This document shows positions 28,190 through 39,386 of a DNA stretch of 64,000 nucleotides, one piece after another; positions within the stretch are counted from its first letter, which is position 1; each line of letters opens with the position of its first letter. The stretch comes from Staphylococcus phage vB_SauM-UFV_DC4, in sequence record MZ779063.1; one strand, written 5' to 3'. The notes under the pieces are model-generated. The model had not been told where the DNA came from and did no database searches. It saw only the letters and a list, made by a program, of their open reading frames with translations. The position numbers and the translations under genes are program-made.

Positions 28190-28924
28190 TTAACCAATGT
28201 ATTTTTGAACATCGTTTAATACATCTACATGACTCTTCATAGCATTATTAATTACTTTTCTATAAAGTACATTAAGTTTATTAAGATCATTAACCATTCG
28301 TTGATTTTCTCTTATTTTTTCTTCTTCAATTTCTTTATTAGCAAATTTAATTGAAGTCTCTGAAGCGGATTTCATTGTATCTGCTGAAATCTTAAATGAT
28401 TTAGCAAATGATTTAGCTTCATTAAACTGTTCGAATGATTTATTAACAATATATTCTAAATCAATAGACATTGTTAATGGTATTTCTAAGTAATGATCAC
28501 TTTCTTCTAATTCTTTTTCGAAGTCATAATATTTCATTGAGAAGCTATCATGACCTGCATAATTTAAAGTATTTTCATACTTTCTTAAATCAGCAGCTTT
28601 CCATATATTAAATACTGAAGCTGGACCTGAAAGTTTGCTCATTACGTTATTTATTTGCTCTTTATTCTTTTTAATTTTCTTAAGTGTAGATTTAGTTTTA
28701 ATTGTAACTCTGTTAAAATTGTTATTAAAGAATTTCATAAATTTAACTAATCCATTCTTAATTAATGATAGTATATTTAGGAAAAATTCTTTAACAGTTT
28801 GAAAGAAATCTTTAACAGGAGATTCATTTAGATTATTTAATTCATTATTAAACTTTAATGATTCATTTACAATTTCAATTTCTTCCTTTAAGAATTCATT
28901 ATTATAATCTTTATTTTCTAACAA
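28190..28924 (-). CDS. coiled-coil protein (244 aa), N-terminal paralog of 29012..29806
   Basis: Shared KEFF(L/I)...KF(M/T)KFF segment with the next gene. Confidence 0.6.
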   Translation of the reverse strand: MLENKDYNNEFLKEEIEIVNESLKFNNELNNLNESPVKDFFQTVKEFFLNILSLIKNGLVKFMKFFNNNFNRVTIKTKSTLKKIKKNKEQINNVMSKLSGPASVFNIWKAADLRKYENTLNYAGHDSFSMKYYDFEKELEESDHYLEIPLTMSIDLEYIVNKSFEQFNEAKSFAKSFKISADTMKSASETSIKFANKEIEEEKIRENQRMVNDLNKLNVLYRKVINNAMKSHVDVLNDVQKYIG

Positions 28925-28943
28925 GAAGAATCTTTCTCCTTTC

Positions 28944-28991
28944 TTTATTAAATAAAAAGACCTAATACCCTATTATTAAGAGTATTAGGTC
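28944..28991 (-). terminator. rho-independent terminator for minus-strand gene 29012..29806
   Basis: GACCTAATAC-CCTATTATTAAGA-GTATTAGGTC with a T-run on the minus strand. Confidence 0.6.
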
Positions 28992-29011
28992 CTATATATT
29001 ATAGAAATTTA

Positions 29012-29806
29012 TTATTTTTCAGCAGCAGCTTTTTCTTCTTTTTTACCTGCACTATTAATAGCTTTAGCAGCAGTAAATGCTGTAGCTAATGTTTGGTTAG
29101 ATAATTTAACAGCTTTAGATACAGCTGTACGAGCTAATGAATGTGCTTTAGAAGCATTTCCAGCAACACGTTTTTTCTCAGTGATAGCTTCTTTATCACC
29201 TTTAGCAGCAGCTTCTACGCCTTGTTTTGCAATAAGTTGAGCTTTTTTATTAGTTTGATCTACTACTTTAGCAGCAGCTTTAACTTCACGTACTGAACCT
29301 TCAGCAGCTTGAGCAGCTTTGGAAGCATCGCTAATAGTAGAAATAGTTTCAGTAATTAAATTCTTTTCATCAGCAACACCTGATTTAGCTCTTTCAAAAC
29401 CACGATCGAAGTTATTACCATCTGGTTTAGCTAATTCTTGTAAGTTTTTCAAAGCAGAAGGTGCTAATAAAGAATAACTTTTAGCTTCTTCAAGTTTAGC
29501 AGAAGATTTAACTCCAGCGATATATTTTTTAACATTTAAAGTACGAGCTTGTAATTTGTTGAATGCTTCAACGAAGAAAGCAGTGAATTTTTTGAATGCT
29601 TCAGCAATAGCTTTAGCAATTTTAATGAAGAATTCTTTAGCTTTTTGAGCGTATTCTTTTAATTTGCTAGAACCTTGTTCTTCACCTGCAACAGCGTCTT
29701 CAGCTTCAGTAAGTACATTAACACTTTCTAGAACGAAAAGTTCTGTTTGAGTTGCTTCTAATTCCTCTTGTAGAGAAACAGTTTCGAATGATTGATTTTG
29801 TAACAT
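29012..29806 (-). CDS. Ala/Lys-rich coiled-coil protein (264 aa), compositional outlier
   Basis: Visibly higher GC than its surroundings; A/K-rich low-complexity sequence. Confidence 0.6.
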   Translation of the reverse strand: MLQNQSFETVSLQEELEATQTELFVLESVNVLTEAEDAVAGEEQGSSKLKEYAQKAKEFFIKIAKAIAEAFKKFTAFFVEAFNKLQARTLNVKKYIAGVKSSAKLEEAKSYSLLAPSALKNLQELAKPDGNNFDRGFERAKSGVADEKNLITETISTISDASKAAQAAEGSVREVKAAAKVVDQTNKKAQLIAKQGVEAAAKGDKEAITEKKRVAGNASKAHSLARTAVSKAVKLSNQTLATAFTAAKAINSAGKKEEKAAAEK

Positions 29807-29850
29807 TATATAATTTCCTCCATTTATTTTATAATTTAAATTTTTTAATA

Positions 29851-30882
29851 TCAGAAACTAATATTAAAATCAGTTTCTAATTCTTTTCCTATTTCTGCAT
29901 CTATTTGTTCTGATTCTGATTTACCTTGAACTTCAGCTACCCCAGAATCAATATCAATTTTATCAGCTAATTTATTTAAACGTTCAGTAGCTTTATTTTG
30001 TTTCTCACGTGATCTATCTGATAAATCATTATTTTGTTCACCTTCAATGATTTTAACAGCTTCACGTAAATATTCAGCTATATCTGAACGAGTTTTAATT
30101 ACTTTAATATAAGCTTGTTTTGTTAAATATAAAGCTAGCATAGAACCTGCAATAGCCATTATAGAAATGCTGCCGTATTTAATAGTTTTTTCTGACATTT
30201 TTAAGTATTTATTATCTTTAGCTTTTTTAGCTAAATCTACTATATCATCAAAACTAAATTCTTCATTAGCACTTACAAAAGAGCCATCAAATTTAAAAAT
30301 TTCTTTAAGCTTTCCTGCTTTATACATTTTTAAAACATTTTCCAAAGTATTTACTTCTAAAGAATTTTTATTTTTAAGTTTTTTACCATCAAATTGTAAT
30401 TTACCATCTTCATTACTAAATCCTAAGAAGAATAATTGTGAAGTTAATAACATAACTGTTGATGCTAAAGTAGTATAAACGATTTGACCAACTTCATTAC
30501 CATTATTAAAACATTTTTTAAAGTTATTTTTTTCTTTTTCAAGTAAGTTTACAGAATTCTCAATAGTATCAAAAACGGAAATAAGTTTAGGGTCAAAGCT
30601 ATTAGATTTTTGACTTTTTATGTATTTAAAAGTCTTTTCAAAATCTTTATAAGCTTTAACCTTTTTAAAATCGCCTTTACTAGAAAGGATCGATTTTAAA
30701 TTTTTATTTCCAGATTTTTTCAACATTTTTTCAGATGTTTTAGAGATTGCAACCGAAAGAGCTTCCATTTTTTCTTCTGGTTCTAATCTTTTAAAAGGTC
30801 TGAATGGTAAAGAGAATTCCTGTAAAACTCTTTGTGTAATTGCATCTTCAGTTAGAAGATGTTTTCTTTCAAGAAGTTCCAC
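29851..30882 (-). CDS. membrane protein with 2 predicted TM helices (343 aa)
   Basis: IVYTTLASTVMLLTSQLFFLGF and YGSISIMAIAGSMLALYLT hydrophobic segments. Confidence 0.6.
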   Translation of the reverse strand: MELLERKHLLTEDAITQRVLQEFSLPFRPFKRLEPEEKMEALSVAISKTSEKMLKKSGNKNLKSILSSKGDFKKVKAYKDFEKTFKYIKSQKSNSFDPKLISVFDTIENSVNLLEKEKNNFKKCFNNGNEVGQIVYTTLASTVMLLTSQLFFLGFSNEDGKLQFDGKKLKNKNSLEVNTLENVLKMYKAGKLKEIFKFDGSFVSANEEFSFDDIVDLAKKAKDNKYLKMSEKTIKYGSISIMAIAGSMLALYLTKQAYIKVIKTRSDIAEYLREAVKIIEGEQNNDLSDRSREKQNKATERLNKLADKIDIDSGVAEVQGKSESEQIDAEIGKELETDFNISF

Positions 30883-31059
30883 AGGGAATCTCCACTTCCT
30901 TTCTAGGAGTTAATCCAAATATAATAAAATAATAAATGAAACCTACACGCTAATATAAATTTTCATTTTATATTTTATAAATTTTTGTTCTAAATATAAT
31001 TTCATTAATTTATTCAAATTAAGAAATATATCTTATTATATAATAACTGTTTCTATTAA

Positions 31060-32529
31060 TTAACGTTTTAATAATTTTTCAAGCATTTCTGAAGTTAAAT
31101 CTTTTTGATTATTCTTAACTTTGTAAGCACCAAGTTTACTTTCTTTAATAACTTCAAATTTGTTATGATCTGGTAAATATTTATAAACTAATTCTCTAGT
31201 TTGATCTAAGATAATAAAGTCTAATAAGAAGAATTCATTGTAAATTTTCTTAGCAGCTCTACGGTCAGATAGTAAATCAACACCAGTTTTACGTTTAACT
31301 TCATTAGCTTCATCGATAGTAATCATTAAAGCTGTTGTTGGAATATAGTTGGCTTTAGCTGACTTAGCAATTCCTGAAGCTTTATTAACTGAATAAAGAG
31401 AATTTAATTTATTCCAGATAGTTCCAGAACGTCCTTTTTTAGAGTCTTGAGCTATTTTCTTAACTTTCTCAGAATCTAATAATAAATCTCTTACTAAACG
31501 TAATTCACCTGTAGTAAATTTAACTAGTTTAGTTACTAAGTTTGAACCACGAGATTTATCAGAAAGATAGAAAATGATGTCTTCCGTTTTAACAACATGA
31601 ACAACTGTCTTAACACCGAATTTAGTATCCTTCTGAATATAATTTGAAGCTGGAAGAGGATTACCGTTTTTATCTGCAGGTACATAGTTAATTGTAGTTG
31701 TTATCGTAGTAGGTAAAGAAGCATTTATTTTTTCTTTATCTATAGTAACTTTTGCTCCAAAATTATCTCTTTCTGTATCTTTAATAGTAGTAGTAACTTG
31801 ACCTTTATAGTTTTCACTGAATTTTCTTTTTAATTCAGAATTTTTTTCTATAGTGTCACCATTAATTGATTTTAATCTACCGTCAAATACTGAATTTATA
31901 TTTCTATTAGAACTTTCTGACATATTATTAAATTTAAATTCTTTCCCTTTACCATCTTTAACTTCAAGTATTTCTAAATTATAAGTTTTATTTGTATTCT
32001 TTGATAATTCAAAATCATTTATATCAAATCTAATATCATATTTTACACCATTGACTTCTACTGCATAACCGCTATTTGATTCATTTAATAGTTCTTTCAT
32101 TTCTTCTCTAGTGATAGTCATATCATTTAAAGAATTCATATTAAATTTTTCTTCAGGAGTTTCTAATAAATAATCATTGGATCTTTTAATATCCTCTTTT
32201 GTACTTTCAGCTAAATTTACATTATTATGCAAATCAGACATAAATGAAGTAGGATCTTTCGGATCAAAAGTTTGTAACGGTGAATTAGTTAATACAAAAT
32301 CAAACTCAAAAGCTCTCTCTAATTCTAATTGGTTTCTCATTAATTCAACTGTGTCTTGTTCTATAGTATCAGATGTAACTAAAGGAAACTGTAGTATAAA
32401 ATCTCCAGATCTTTGCTTTAATGATCTTTTTCTTTTGTTATTATCTTTATAGTTTTTACTTATACTTGTAGGATTTAAATCTTTTAAAAGACCTATTACA
32501 TCCGTAAATAAGTTTACTTTATTGGCCAA
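31060..32529 (-). CDS. hypothetical protein (489 aa)
   Basis: Long ORF. Confidence 0.65.
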   Translation of the reverse strand: MANKVNLFTDVIGLLKDLNPTSISKNYKDNNKRKRSLKQRSGDFILQFPLVTSDTIEQDTVELMRNQLELERAFEFDFVLTNSPLQTFDPKDPTSFMSDLHNNVNLAESTKEDIKRSNDYLLETPEEKFNMNSLNDMTITREEMKELLNESNSGYAVEVNGVKYDIRFDINDFELSKNTNKTYNLEILEVKDGKGKEFKFNNMSESSNRNINSVFDGRLKSINGDTIEKNSELKRKFSENYKGQVTTTIKDTERDNFGAKVTIDKEKINASLPTTITTTINYVPADKNGNPLPASNYIQKDTKFGVKTVVHVVKTEDIIFYLSDKSRGSNLVTKLVKFTTGELRLVRDLLLDSEKVKKIAQDSKKGRSGTIWNKLNSLYSVNKASGIAKSAKANYIPTTALMITIDEANEVKRKTGVDLLSDRRAAKKIYNEFFLLDFIILDQTRELVYKYLPDHNKFEVIKESKLGAYKVKNNQKDLTSEMLEKLLKR

Positions 32530-33146
32530 TTTATATTTCCGCCTTTCTTTTTCTTATTATTTTTATAAAGATATGTTTGATCATAAGAAACAATAAAAAA
32601 GTAAAAAAAAAATAAATTTAGATATCGTATCAATTAAGACACAATATCTAAATTTTTATGAGTGAGTTATTTTTGAATACCTATCATATTCGAGAAGTAA
32701 TTCTTTATTTATAATTAGATAGTATATGTTCATTTATAAAGTTGTCTACTCCATAAAAATGTCCTTTATCATCTATTTCTTTTATTCTATTCTCCAAATC
32801 TTTAATTCTTCTTTCTAAATAATCTTCATCTTTATTCAATTTTTTTGAATCTCTCCCCATTTATATTACTACTATTTAATATATGACATAAATATGCGTG
32901 AACGGATTAACCACCTTAAATATAATAGATATAATTTTTTGATTGTTGACCTAATGCCATTTGGTAATCTTTTTATTGTTTAACTCACTCTGTCCACATT
33001 TTGTTATTTTATACTTCCATTCATTTTAGTATAGGGGATCTAAAAATGAATCGGCATATTTATATATCTTAGTAGAATATAGTATATTAATGAGAAGTTA
33101 ATTTCTTAACTTCTCACTTTTATAATATATATTTAAAAATTATTTA

Positions 33147-33179
33147 CAAAAAAAAAATAAGAGGGATTTATTCCCCCTT
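33147..33179 (-). terminator. rho-independent terminator for minus-strand gene 33213..33710
   Basis: AAGAGGGA-TTTATT-CCCCCTT with an A10 run on plus (T-run on minus). Confidence 0.6.
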
Positions 33180-33212
33180 ATCGATGAATATTATAAGACT
33201 AATTTTCCTCAA

Positions 33213-33710
33213 TCAATAATTATTTTCAAAATAATTTCTATCAAATTCAGGCTCACCTTTTTTATTGTAAATTACAAATGGATATTTAATATTTCTAATA
33301 TAACCATTATCAAGTAAATGACTATTTTCTATTTTCATCTTTTTAATTTTCTTTTCTAATTTATTTCTACTGAATTTTGTTAAATTTAAATCAAATTTAT
33401 AAAATTCTGTATTACCTGCTGTATAATAAAGGTTGTCAAATTGATCTATTGCAAATAATTTTCCAGTAAAACCTACAGCTTTCTTAGTTTTCGTTTTTAT
33501 ATCTTCAATATTTAAATATTCTAATTCTCTACCAGTGTTATTTAGTTCTGTATCCGCCAATTTATTAAAAGATAAGTTACAATTTTCAATTCCCATTTTT
33601 AACATTTTGTTTAGTTCTATAAAAACATCAATCTTAAATTTTTCATCAATAAAACGATTTGAATTTCCATATAATTCTTCTTTTTCTTTTGCAGTTATTC
33701 TTTTGTACAT
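33213..33710 (-). CDS. hypothetical protein (165 aa)
   Basis: ORF with coding-like composition. Confidence 0.55.
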   Translation of the reverse strand: MYKRITAKEKEELYGNSNRFIDEKFKIDVFIELNKMLKMGIENCNLSFNKLADTELNNTGRELEYLNIEDIKTKTKKAVGFTGKLFAIDQFDNLYYTAGNTEFYKFDLNLTKFSRNKLEKKIKKMKIENSHLLDNGYIRNIKYPFVIYNKKGEPEFDRNYFENNY

Positions 33711-33737
33711 ATTAAATCACCCTTTTTTATTTTTTTT

Positions 33738-34184
33738 TTATCTAAAACTTCCAAAATAATCGTTGTGTATTTTTGCTTTTATTTGATCTTCCAATAATTT
33801 TTTCTCTCTAATAACATCTTTTATAGTTTCTATTTTTACATTTTCTTTCCTAGCCTTATATTCAACTAATGAATTTGCTTCTAAAAATATCTTATAATTA
33901 TTCATTCTTTTTAAGTCAGACCAATTAAATCCGTTTCTTAAAAGATATTGTTTGGCTTCTTGGTAGTCTACATTTACAGATCTATCAAAATAAGATTTAA
34001 TTAGACCTTCTTTTTCTAAGAAAGCTCTTGTTGCTTTTTCTCTAGCTTTTATTTCAGCTATACGTCTTTCTTCTTGCTCTTTTAGAGATCTTTCAATTCT
34101 TTCTTTTTCTTTTAATTCTTCTTGAAATTTTCTTTGTTTCTCTAATTTTCTACTATTTTTAATTTCTCTAATTTTATTTAACAT
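33738..34184 (-). CDS. highly charged coiled-coil protein (148 aa)
   Basis: E/K/R-rich heptad-like sequence. Confidence 0.55.
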   Translation of the reverse strand: MLNKIREIKNSRKLEKQRKFQEELKEKERIERSLKEQEERRIAEIKAREKATRAFLEKEGLIKSYFDRSVNVDYQEAKQYLLRNGFNWSDLKRMNNYKIFLEANSLVEYKARKENVKIETIKDVIREKKLLEDQIKAKIHNDYFGSFR

Positions 34185-34327
34185 TTTAAATCCATCCTTT
34201 TTATTTAAATTAGTTGATAATAATTATCAACTTCATAATTATAATATAAATTTATAAATTAATTTATTACGGAAAATCTACTTTAACATAGCCTTATTAA
34301 AAATAACGATTGGTGGTGTAAAAGAGA

Positions 34328-35296
34328 TTGGCTGAAGATAAGAAAACTACGGAAGAAAAGTTTAAAAAAGCATTAAAAGAAGAAGGAGATATAAAAGAAA
34401 TAAAATCCTTTAATCCATATAGAATGAAAGATAAAAACTCAGAGATATTTAATAAAGGATTACCTTTTATTTTCATAACAGCTCCTAGAATAAATCTAGT
34501 AGACGAAAATATAGGAAGAGAAAGTTTCTTTCTTTATTTAAAATCAGTTAAACCTGATTTATTAAAAAGCTTAAATTTTAGTAATAATGGAGCCTTAAGC
34601 TCAGGTAGACCTTTCATCCCAATCCTTTCAAATAGATTTATGGGAATATCTATTCCCGATACACAAACAACAATGAAAGAATTTCATGAAACATTTTACG
34701 GTTATAAACAACATTTACCGGTAGGTACAGTTAATTCAGTTGCTGGTGGAGAAATAGCTGTAGATTTTGAAGAGAACAAAGAAATAGATGTTATACACTT
34801 AATTAAAGCTTGGAGTGAATATATAGAAGGTGTGACTAGAGGTTATTTATTCCCTTCAGATGATGCTAAAGATAAACGTTATATAGATTATACTAGTTCT
34901 ATATATTATTTCTTATTAGACTTTGATGGTGAAACTGTATTACATTACTCTAAGTACACTGGATGTTTCCCTATAAATGTACCTTATGATATATTCTCAC
35001 AAAATATCGGAGATGATCCAGAAGTTCCTCACGTTTCAATTAACTTTGCTTATTCATATAAAGAAGATATGAATCCTGATATATTAGTTGACTTTAATTC
35101 AGTTTCAACAATGTCTACTAGCATAGCTAATGCATCTGGAACTGAACCTATTAGAGCTAATATTAATAATGCAACTATGGGTATAAAATTAAATTATGAT
35201 GAAATTTATCCAGTTAATACAGGTAATCCTTATATAGTTGCGGGACAAAGAAAAGAAGATAAAGCTAAACCTAAATATAGATTAAGATTTTTATAA
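34328..35296 (+). CDS. hypothetical protein (322 aa), possibly virion structural
   Basis: TTG start; first gene of a co-directional block with the 995- and 326-aa ORFs. Confidence 0.6.
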   Translation: MAEDKKTTEEKFKKALKEEGDIKEIKSFNPYRMKDKNSEIFNKGLPFIFITAPRINLVDENIGRESFFLYLKSVKPDLLKSLNFSNNGALSSGRPFIPILSNRFMGISIPDTQTTMKEFHETFYGYKQHLPVGTVNSVAGGEIAVDFEENKEIDVIHLIKAWSEYIEGVTRGYLFPSDDAKDKRYIDYTSSIYYFLLDFDGETVLHYSKYTGCFPINVPYDIFSQNIGDDPEVPHVSINFAYSYKEDMNPDILVDFNSVSTMSTSIANASGTEPIRANINNATMGIKLNYDEIYPVNTGNPYIVAGQRKEDKAKPKYRLRFL

Positions 35297-35319
35297 AGAA
35301 AGAGAGTTGAAAATAGTAA

Positions 35320-38307
35320 ATGGCTATAACACAGTATTTCTCTAACGAACAAGAGAAAATAGATTTCCTTAATAATGCTAAAATAGATACTGAAAGCGTT
35401 ATTAAGATAGGAAGTACTTCATACGATGTCAAAGATAAATGGTTCAATATGGCAACTAAGTTCTTTGAAATTGATACTGAAAATACTCCTATAGATGAAA
35501 ATGAAGATGAAGATTTAATTTCATTATTAAAAGCTGGATTATTTGGTTATATTAATGAAATTAATTCACATGAAGTTAAAAACGCTATATATCACAGAAA
35601 TGTATTATACGATGAATTATTCTTGAATACAGCTTCTATTCCTATGTCTATATACAATTTTGCTAAGTTGTATAATGTACCTATTCAAATGGCTAAACCT
35701 GCTAATTTTAAAGTAGATTTTGTTATTAGAAAAGATGACGTACTAAAATTACCTTCTAAAGAGATTGTATCTACTCAAGAAATAGATAAGAAGAAATCAT
35801 TAAAAACTTATGAGATAAAATTATCTAAAGACCAAGATTTTACAATAGGTAGTTTTAAATATTGTTTACCGTATGATGTATCAATGGTATTAAAACAATA
35901 TCCGATAACTAGAGATGGAAAAGATGCGATAGATTATAAAATCACAGCTAGATATGATATAGATAACGATCTATTTAAATTTTCTTCTATTTTAGATAAT
36001 AATGTCAAAGTAACTAAGAATATAATAAATGGTGTAGATTATATGTATTTCTCTTTAGATCTATATCAAATAGAAAGAGTTTCTAAAGAATTTAATATAA
36101 CTAGTAATGATATTGCCGAAAATATTTACTTCAATGTCGGTTATGAAAACCAATTAGCTGGTTTTAATGTATTCTATGAATACTTAGGTACAAGAACACC
36201 TATGGAAACTTATTTTAATAATACTTTTACTCCAGATACAGATAATCCTTTCTGTTATTATAATTTCAAAGATGATAATTCATTAGAAATTTCATTCTCA
36301 AACATGGCTAATTCTTTTAGACCTAAAGCTAATAGCAAAGTTATTGTAGAAACTTTAACTACTAAAGGTGAGAAAGGCAACTTTAGTTATAATGATAATT
36401 TAAATGTAGCGTTAGATTCTAATAACACATTTGAAAAAGTACCAATAACTATTCTTCCTAAAGGTAATTCAGTTGATGGTCAAAATAGACCGGATGTTTA
36501 TACTGAAAAAAGAAGAATAATTAATAAAGCTATTACTAGAGATAATATTATTACTGACTTTGATATTAAAAACTATTTTAATGATGTTAATGACAATAAT
36601 AATATCAATAATTCTTTTATTAACTTCATTAAAAAACGTAATGATCTTTATACACGTATGTATAATGCTTTCCTATTGTTAAGAGATAGCGATAGTAAGG
36701 TAATGCCTACAAATACTGCTCCTTATATAGAACTTCCTAAACCGTATTTTGAAGGAAATACTTCATTAGGTAATGAAGAAGATGGTTATGTAATACCTGA
36801 GAACAGTTTATTTAAATACGACCAAGATAGTAAAAAATACGTTCACATTGAAAAAGGTTTAGATGATGCTGATGAGAAAGAAAAATTTGAAAAAGATAAG
36901 GATTCTTTATATTATGTAAATCCTTATTTAATTAAAATTAATAAATATCCTTTCTTATCTACTAACTATTATAAGCTTCATGTAAATGAACTATTTACTA
37001 CTGAATATAAATACATTAATGAATTAATACCTAATAATATTACAACTACCGATTTATATGTAGAAAAATTAAATGACTTCAAAAATACTTTGGAATCAGA
37101 TACATTTAAATTTAGTTTAGAAATTGGTATGGACAGTTCACTTCAAGAAATGAAAGACTTATTAAAAGTTAGAGCTGTATTATTATCTCAAGAAACTGGT
37201 GAAAGATACGGTTACTTTGAGTTGAATCCAGAAGAAAGTATTGAGTCTGAAAATAATATTATTGATGAGTCAGATTCAACTGTAGATAAATCTTCTTTAT
37301 ATTCAGGAATGATATCTACTAATAGATCTTTCCATAATGGTAAATTATCTATAACGGATTCACTTTATAATGATAAAGGTATAGTACAAGATAATGTATT
37401 TATAGATGAAAAATTTGTAGTTAAAGTAGGATTACTCTATAAAGATGATGATATGAGATATTTCAATGATCTTGATATATCTGATGAAATGAATTTCTTT
37501 AAAGACGAATTCCCTAGTCATAGAGATGATGAAGTTAGAGATTATACATTGGCTTGTTCTATGGAAACTTTTGAAGGAGTATCTATATACAAAGACATGT
37601 CACATGTAATGAATAGTACAGTATCTATGACTGATGACAGTTGTAAAGTAGAATTAGTTCCTTTATTCTCATTAGGATACTTCATGAACAACTATGAAGA
37701 AGTTTATAGTGTTTTAGAAGGTTATAAAGAAATATTAGAAGACGCTATACCTAGATTACAAAATAACACTAGTATAGATATGAAGCTTTATAATACTAAA
37801 GGCCCTTCTAATAATTATTATCTAGATACTGAATTAGACGATGATAATTTAAATAATAAATATATCTCTAGAACGGATATATTATTAGATTTAAATATCA
37901 CTCTATATGCACCTATTAATGATTTCTTAGATGGAGAAATTAAACGTTATATTTCTGATTTTGTAGAAGCATGTAATGAAAAAGGCGTATTACCTATATC
38001 TAACTTAATTAGATTATTAGAACAAAATTTCGATATAATCAAGTATATAGTATTTAATGGTATTTCTGGTAAATATGCTGAAAAAGTAGACAATCATTAT
38101 CAAAAACTACTTAATACTAATATAAACTATATGGATCTAAGTAAACAAGAAATTATTGAATACGTTCCTGAATTTATTAATATCAAAAAATCTCTTAAAG
38201 ATAATAAAGTTGAAGTGAGTAATGAAGATTCAGAGGATGGAACAACGGTTATTGATTTAGGTTTATCTTACGATGATGTAGTTAATATAACTTATTCAAT
38301 CTCATAA
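35320..38307 (+). CDS. large hypothetical protein (995 aa), probable virion/baseplate component
   Basis: SD AAGAGAG; long ORF. Confidence 0.7.
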   Translation: MAITQYFSNEQEKIDFLNNAKIDTESVIKIGSTSYDVKDKWFNMATKFFEIDTENTPIDENEDEDLISLLKAGLFGYINEINSHEVKNAIYHRNVLYDELFLNTASIPMSIYNFAKLYNVPIQMAKPANFKVDFVIRKDDVLKLPSKEIVSTQEIDKKKSLKTYEIKLSKDQDFTIGSFKYCLPYDVSMVLKQYPITRDGKDAIDYKITARYDIDNDLFKFSSILDNNVKVTKNIINGVDYMYFSLDLYQIERVSKEFNITSNDIAENIYFNVGYENQLAGFNVFYEYLGTRTPMETYFNNTFTPDTDNPFCYYNFKDDNSLEISFSNMANSFRPKANSKVIVETLTTKGEKGNFSYNDNLNVALDSNNTFEKVPITILPKGNSVDGQNRPDVYTEKRRIINKAITRDNIITDFDIKNYFNDVNDNNNINNSFINFIKKRNDLYTRMYNAFLLLRDSDSKVMPTNTAPYIELPKPYFEGNTSLGNEEDGYVIPENSLFKYDQDSKKYVHIEKGLDDADEKEKFEKDKDSLYYVNPYLIKINKYPFLSTNYYKLHVNELFTTEYKYINELIPNNITTTDLYVEKLNDFKNTLESDTFKFSLEIGMDSSLQEMKDLLKVRAVLLSQETGERYGYFELNPEESIESENNIIDESDSTVDKSSLYSGMISTNRSFHNGKLSITDSLYNDKGIVQDNVFIDEKFVVKVGLLYKDDDMRYFNDLDISDEMNFFKDEFPSHRDDEVRDYTLACSMETFEGVSIYKDMSHVMNSTVSMTDDSCKVELVPLFSLGYFMNNYEEVYSVLEGYKEILEDAIPRLQNNTSIDMKLYNTKGPSNNYYLDTELDDDNLNNKYISRTDILLDLNITLYAPINDFLDGEIKRYISDFVEACNEKGVLPISNLIRLLEQNFDIIKYIVFNGISGKYAEKVDNHYQKLLNTNINYMDLSKQEIIEYVPEFINIKKSLKDNKVEVSNEDSEDGTTVIDLGLSYDDVVNITYSIS

Positions 38308-38345
38308 AAATAAAATTATAATATAAAGAAAGAGGTATAAATATA

Positions 38346-39326
38346 ATGGCTAAAACATTTATTTCTGATTACCGCAAAAAACAAGCTGGTTTAAATAGAA
38401 AAGCAGCTAATGCTTTAGAACAGAAAAAATACACTGATCAAATTAATGAAGAATTAGAAGTTTCAAAAGAGAAAGATTTAATTGCAGGTAGAAATAATAA
38501 ATTACGTGCAACTAACAAGAAAGCTATTGACAATGCTAAAAATAAATCAGAAAGAGAATTAAGAGATTTAAATGCACAAACTATCATGACTACTTTATTC
38601 TCAGCATTAGTATTTAATACTTTCCCTAACAAAATTGCTGACAAATCTAAATTACGTGAGAAAATTGTTTCTAAGAGTAGAATGTTCTTTAACGAAGCAA
38701 TTAATGCAGAATTAGCTGACTATCAAGGTAGTGAAGTATTCTCTAACGCTAAATTTAATGCAGACGTATACGCTAAAGATGCTCGTGGAGTTATTGATCC
38801 TAAAGACTCTATTAAAGGTGCTAAAGTAGTATATCAAAAAGGTAGAACTGAATTCGATTACCTAACAAATGTAGTTGCTAAGAAAATTGAATCAGCTGTA
38901 ATTCGTGAATCTGAATTAGTTGATGTTCGTGAAAAATTAAACGAAAGCTTAGCAGACACACATAAAAAGAATAATAAAACACTATTCCGTACTTTACATG
39001 AATCGGCTATCAATAATATTGTAAATGATGAAGCTTATCTTAATGAAGAAGTTTCAGCAGAAGAAGTTAACATGGATGCTTTAGTAGAAGCTACTTTAGA
39101 TTATACTATTATGGAATTAATCCATACAGCTAAATTGAGCACATTCAATATGGGTGAAGTTCAAAAAGCTGTTAAGAATGGTACAATTAAAGTTAATACT
39201 AAACAAAATAGTAAAATAAAACCTGAAAATGGTTCTACTAAACCTTCAGCTGATGGAGTTAAACCTAGAACTATTGAAAATGAGAATAAACCAAAATCAG
39301 GTTCTGTTAAATTAAACGAAGAATAA
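38346..39326 (+). CDS. hypothetical protein (326 aa)
   Basis: SD AAGAAAGAGG-N10-ATG. Confidence 0.65.
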   Translation: MAKTFISDYRKKQAGLNRKAANALEQKKYTDQINEELEVSKEKDLIAGRNNKLRATNKKAIDNAKNKSERELRDLNAQTIMTTLFSALVFNTFPNKIADKSKLREKIVSKSRMFFNEAINAELADYQGSEVFSNAKFNADVYAKDARGVIDPKDSIKGAKVVYQKGRTEFDYLTNVVAKKIESAVIRESELVDVREKLNESLADTHKKNNKTLFRTLHESAINNIVNDEAYLNEEVSAEEVNMDALVEATLDYTIMELIHTAKLSTFNMGEVQKAVKNGTIKVNTKQNSKIKPENGSTKPSADGVKPRTIENENKPKSGSVKLNEE

Positions 39327-39386
39327 AAAAAATAATATAAATCCCCCTAATACTAAATTAATAGTATTAGGGGGATTATTTTTAAA
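39324..39386. terminator. bidirectional rho-independent terminator
   Basis: A-run, then AATCCCCCTAATACTA-AATTAA-TAGTATTAGGGGGATT, then T-run. Confidence 0.8.

Noticed and set aside
32705-32860. 51-aa minus-strand ORF (MGRDSKKLNKDEDYLERRIKDLENRIKEIDDKGHFYGVDNFINEHILSNYK)
   Set aside because: No SD and no conserved context; kept out of the feature list as unsupported, though it cannot be excluded.
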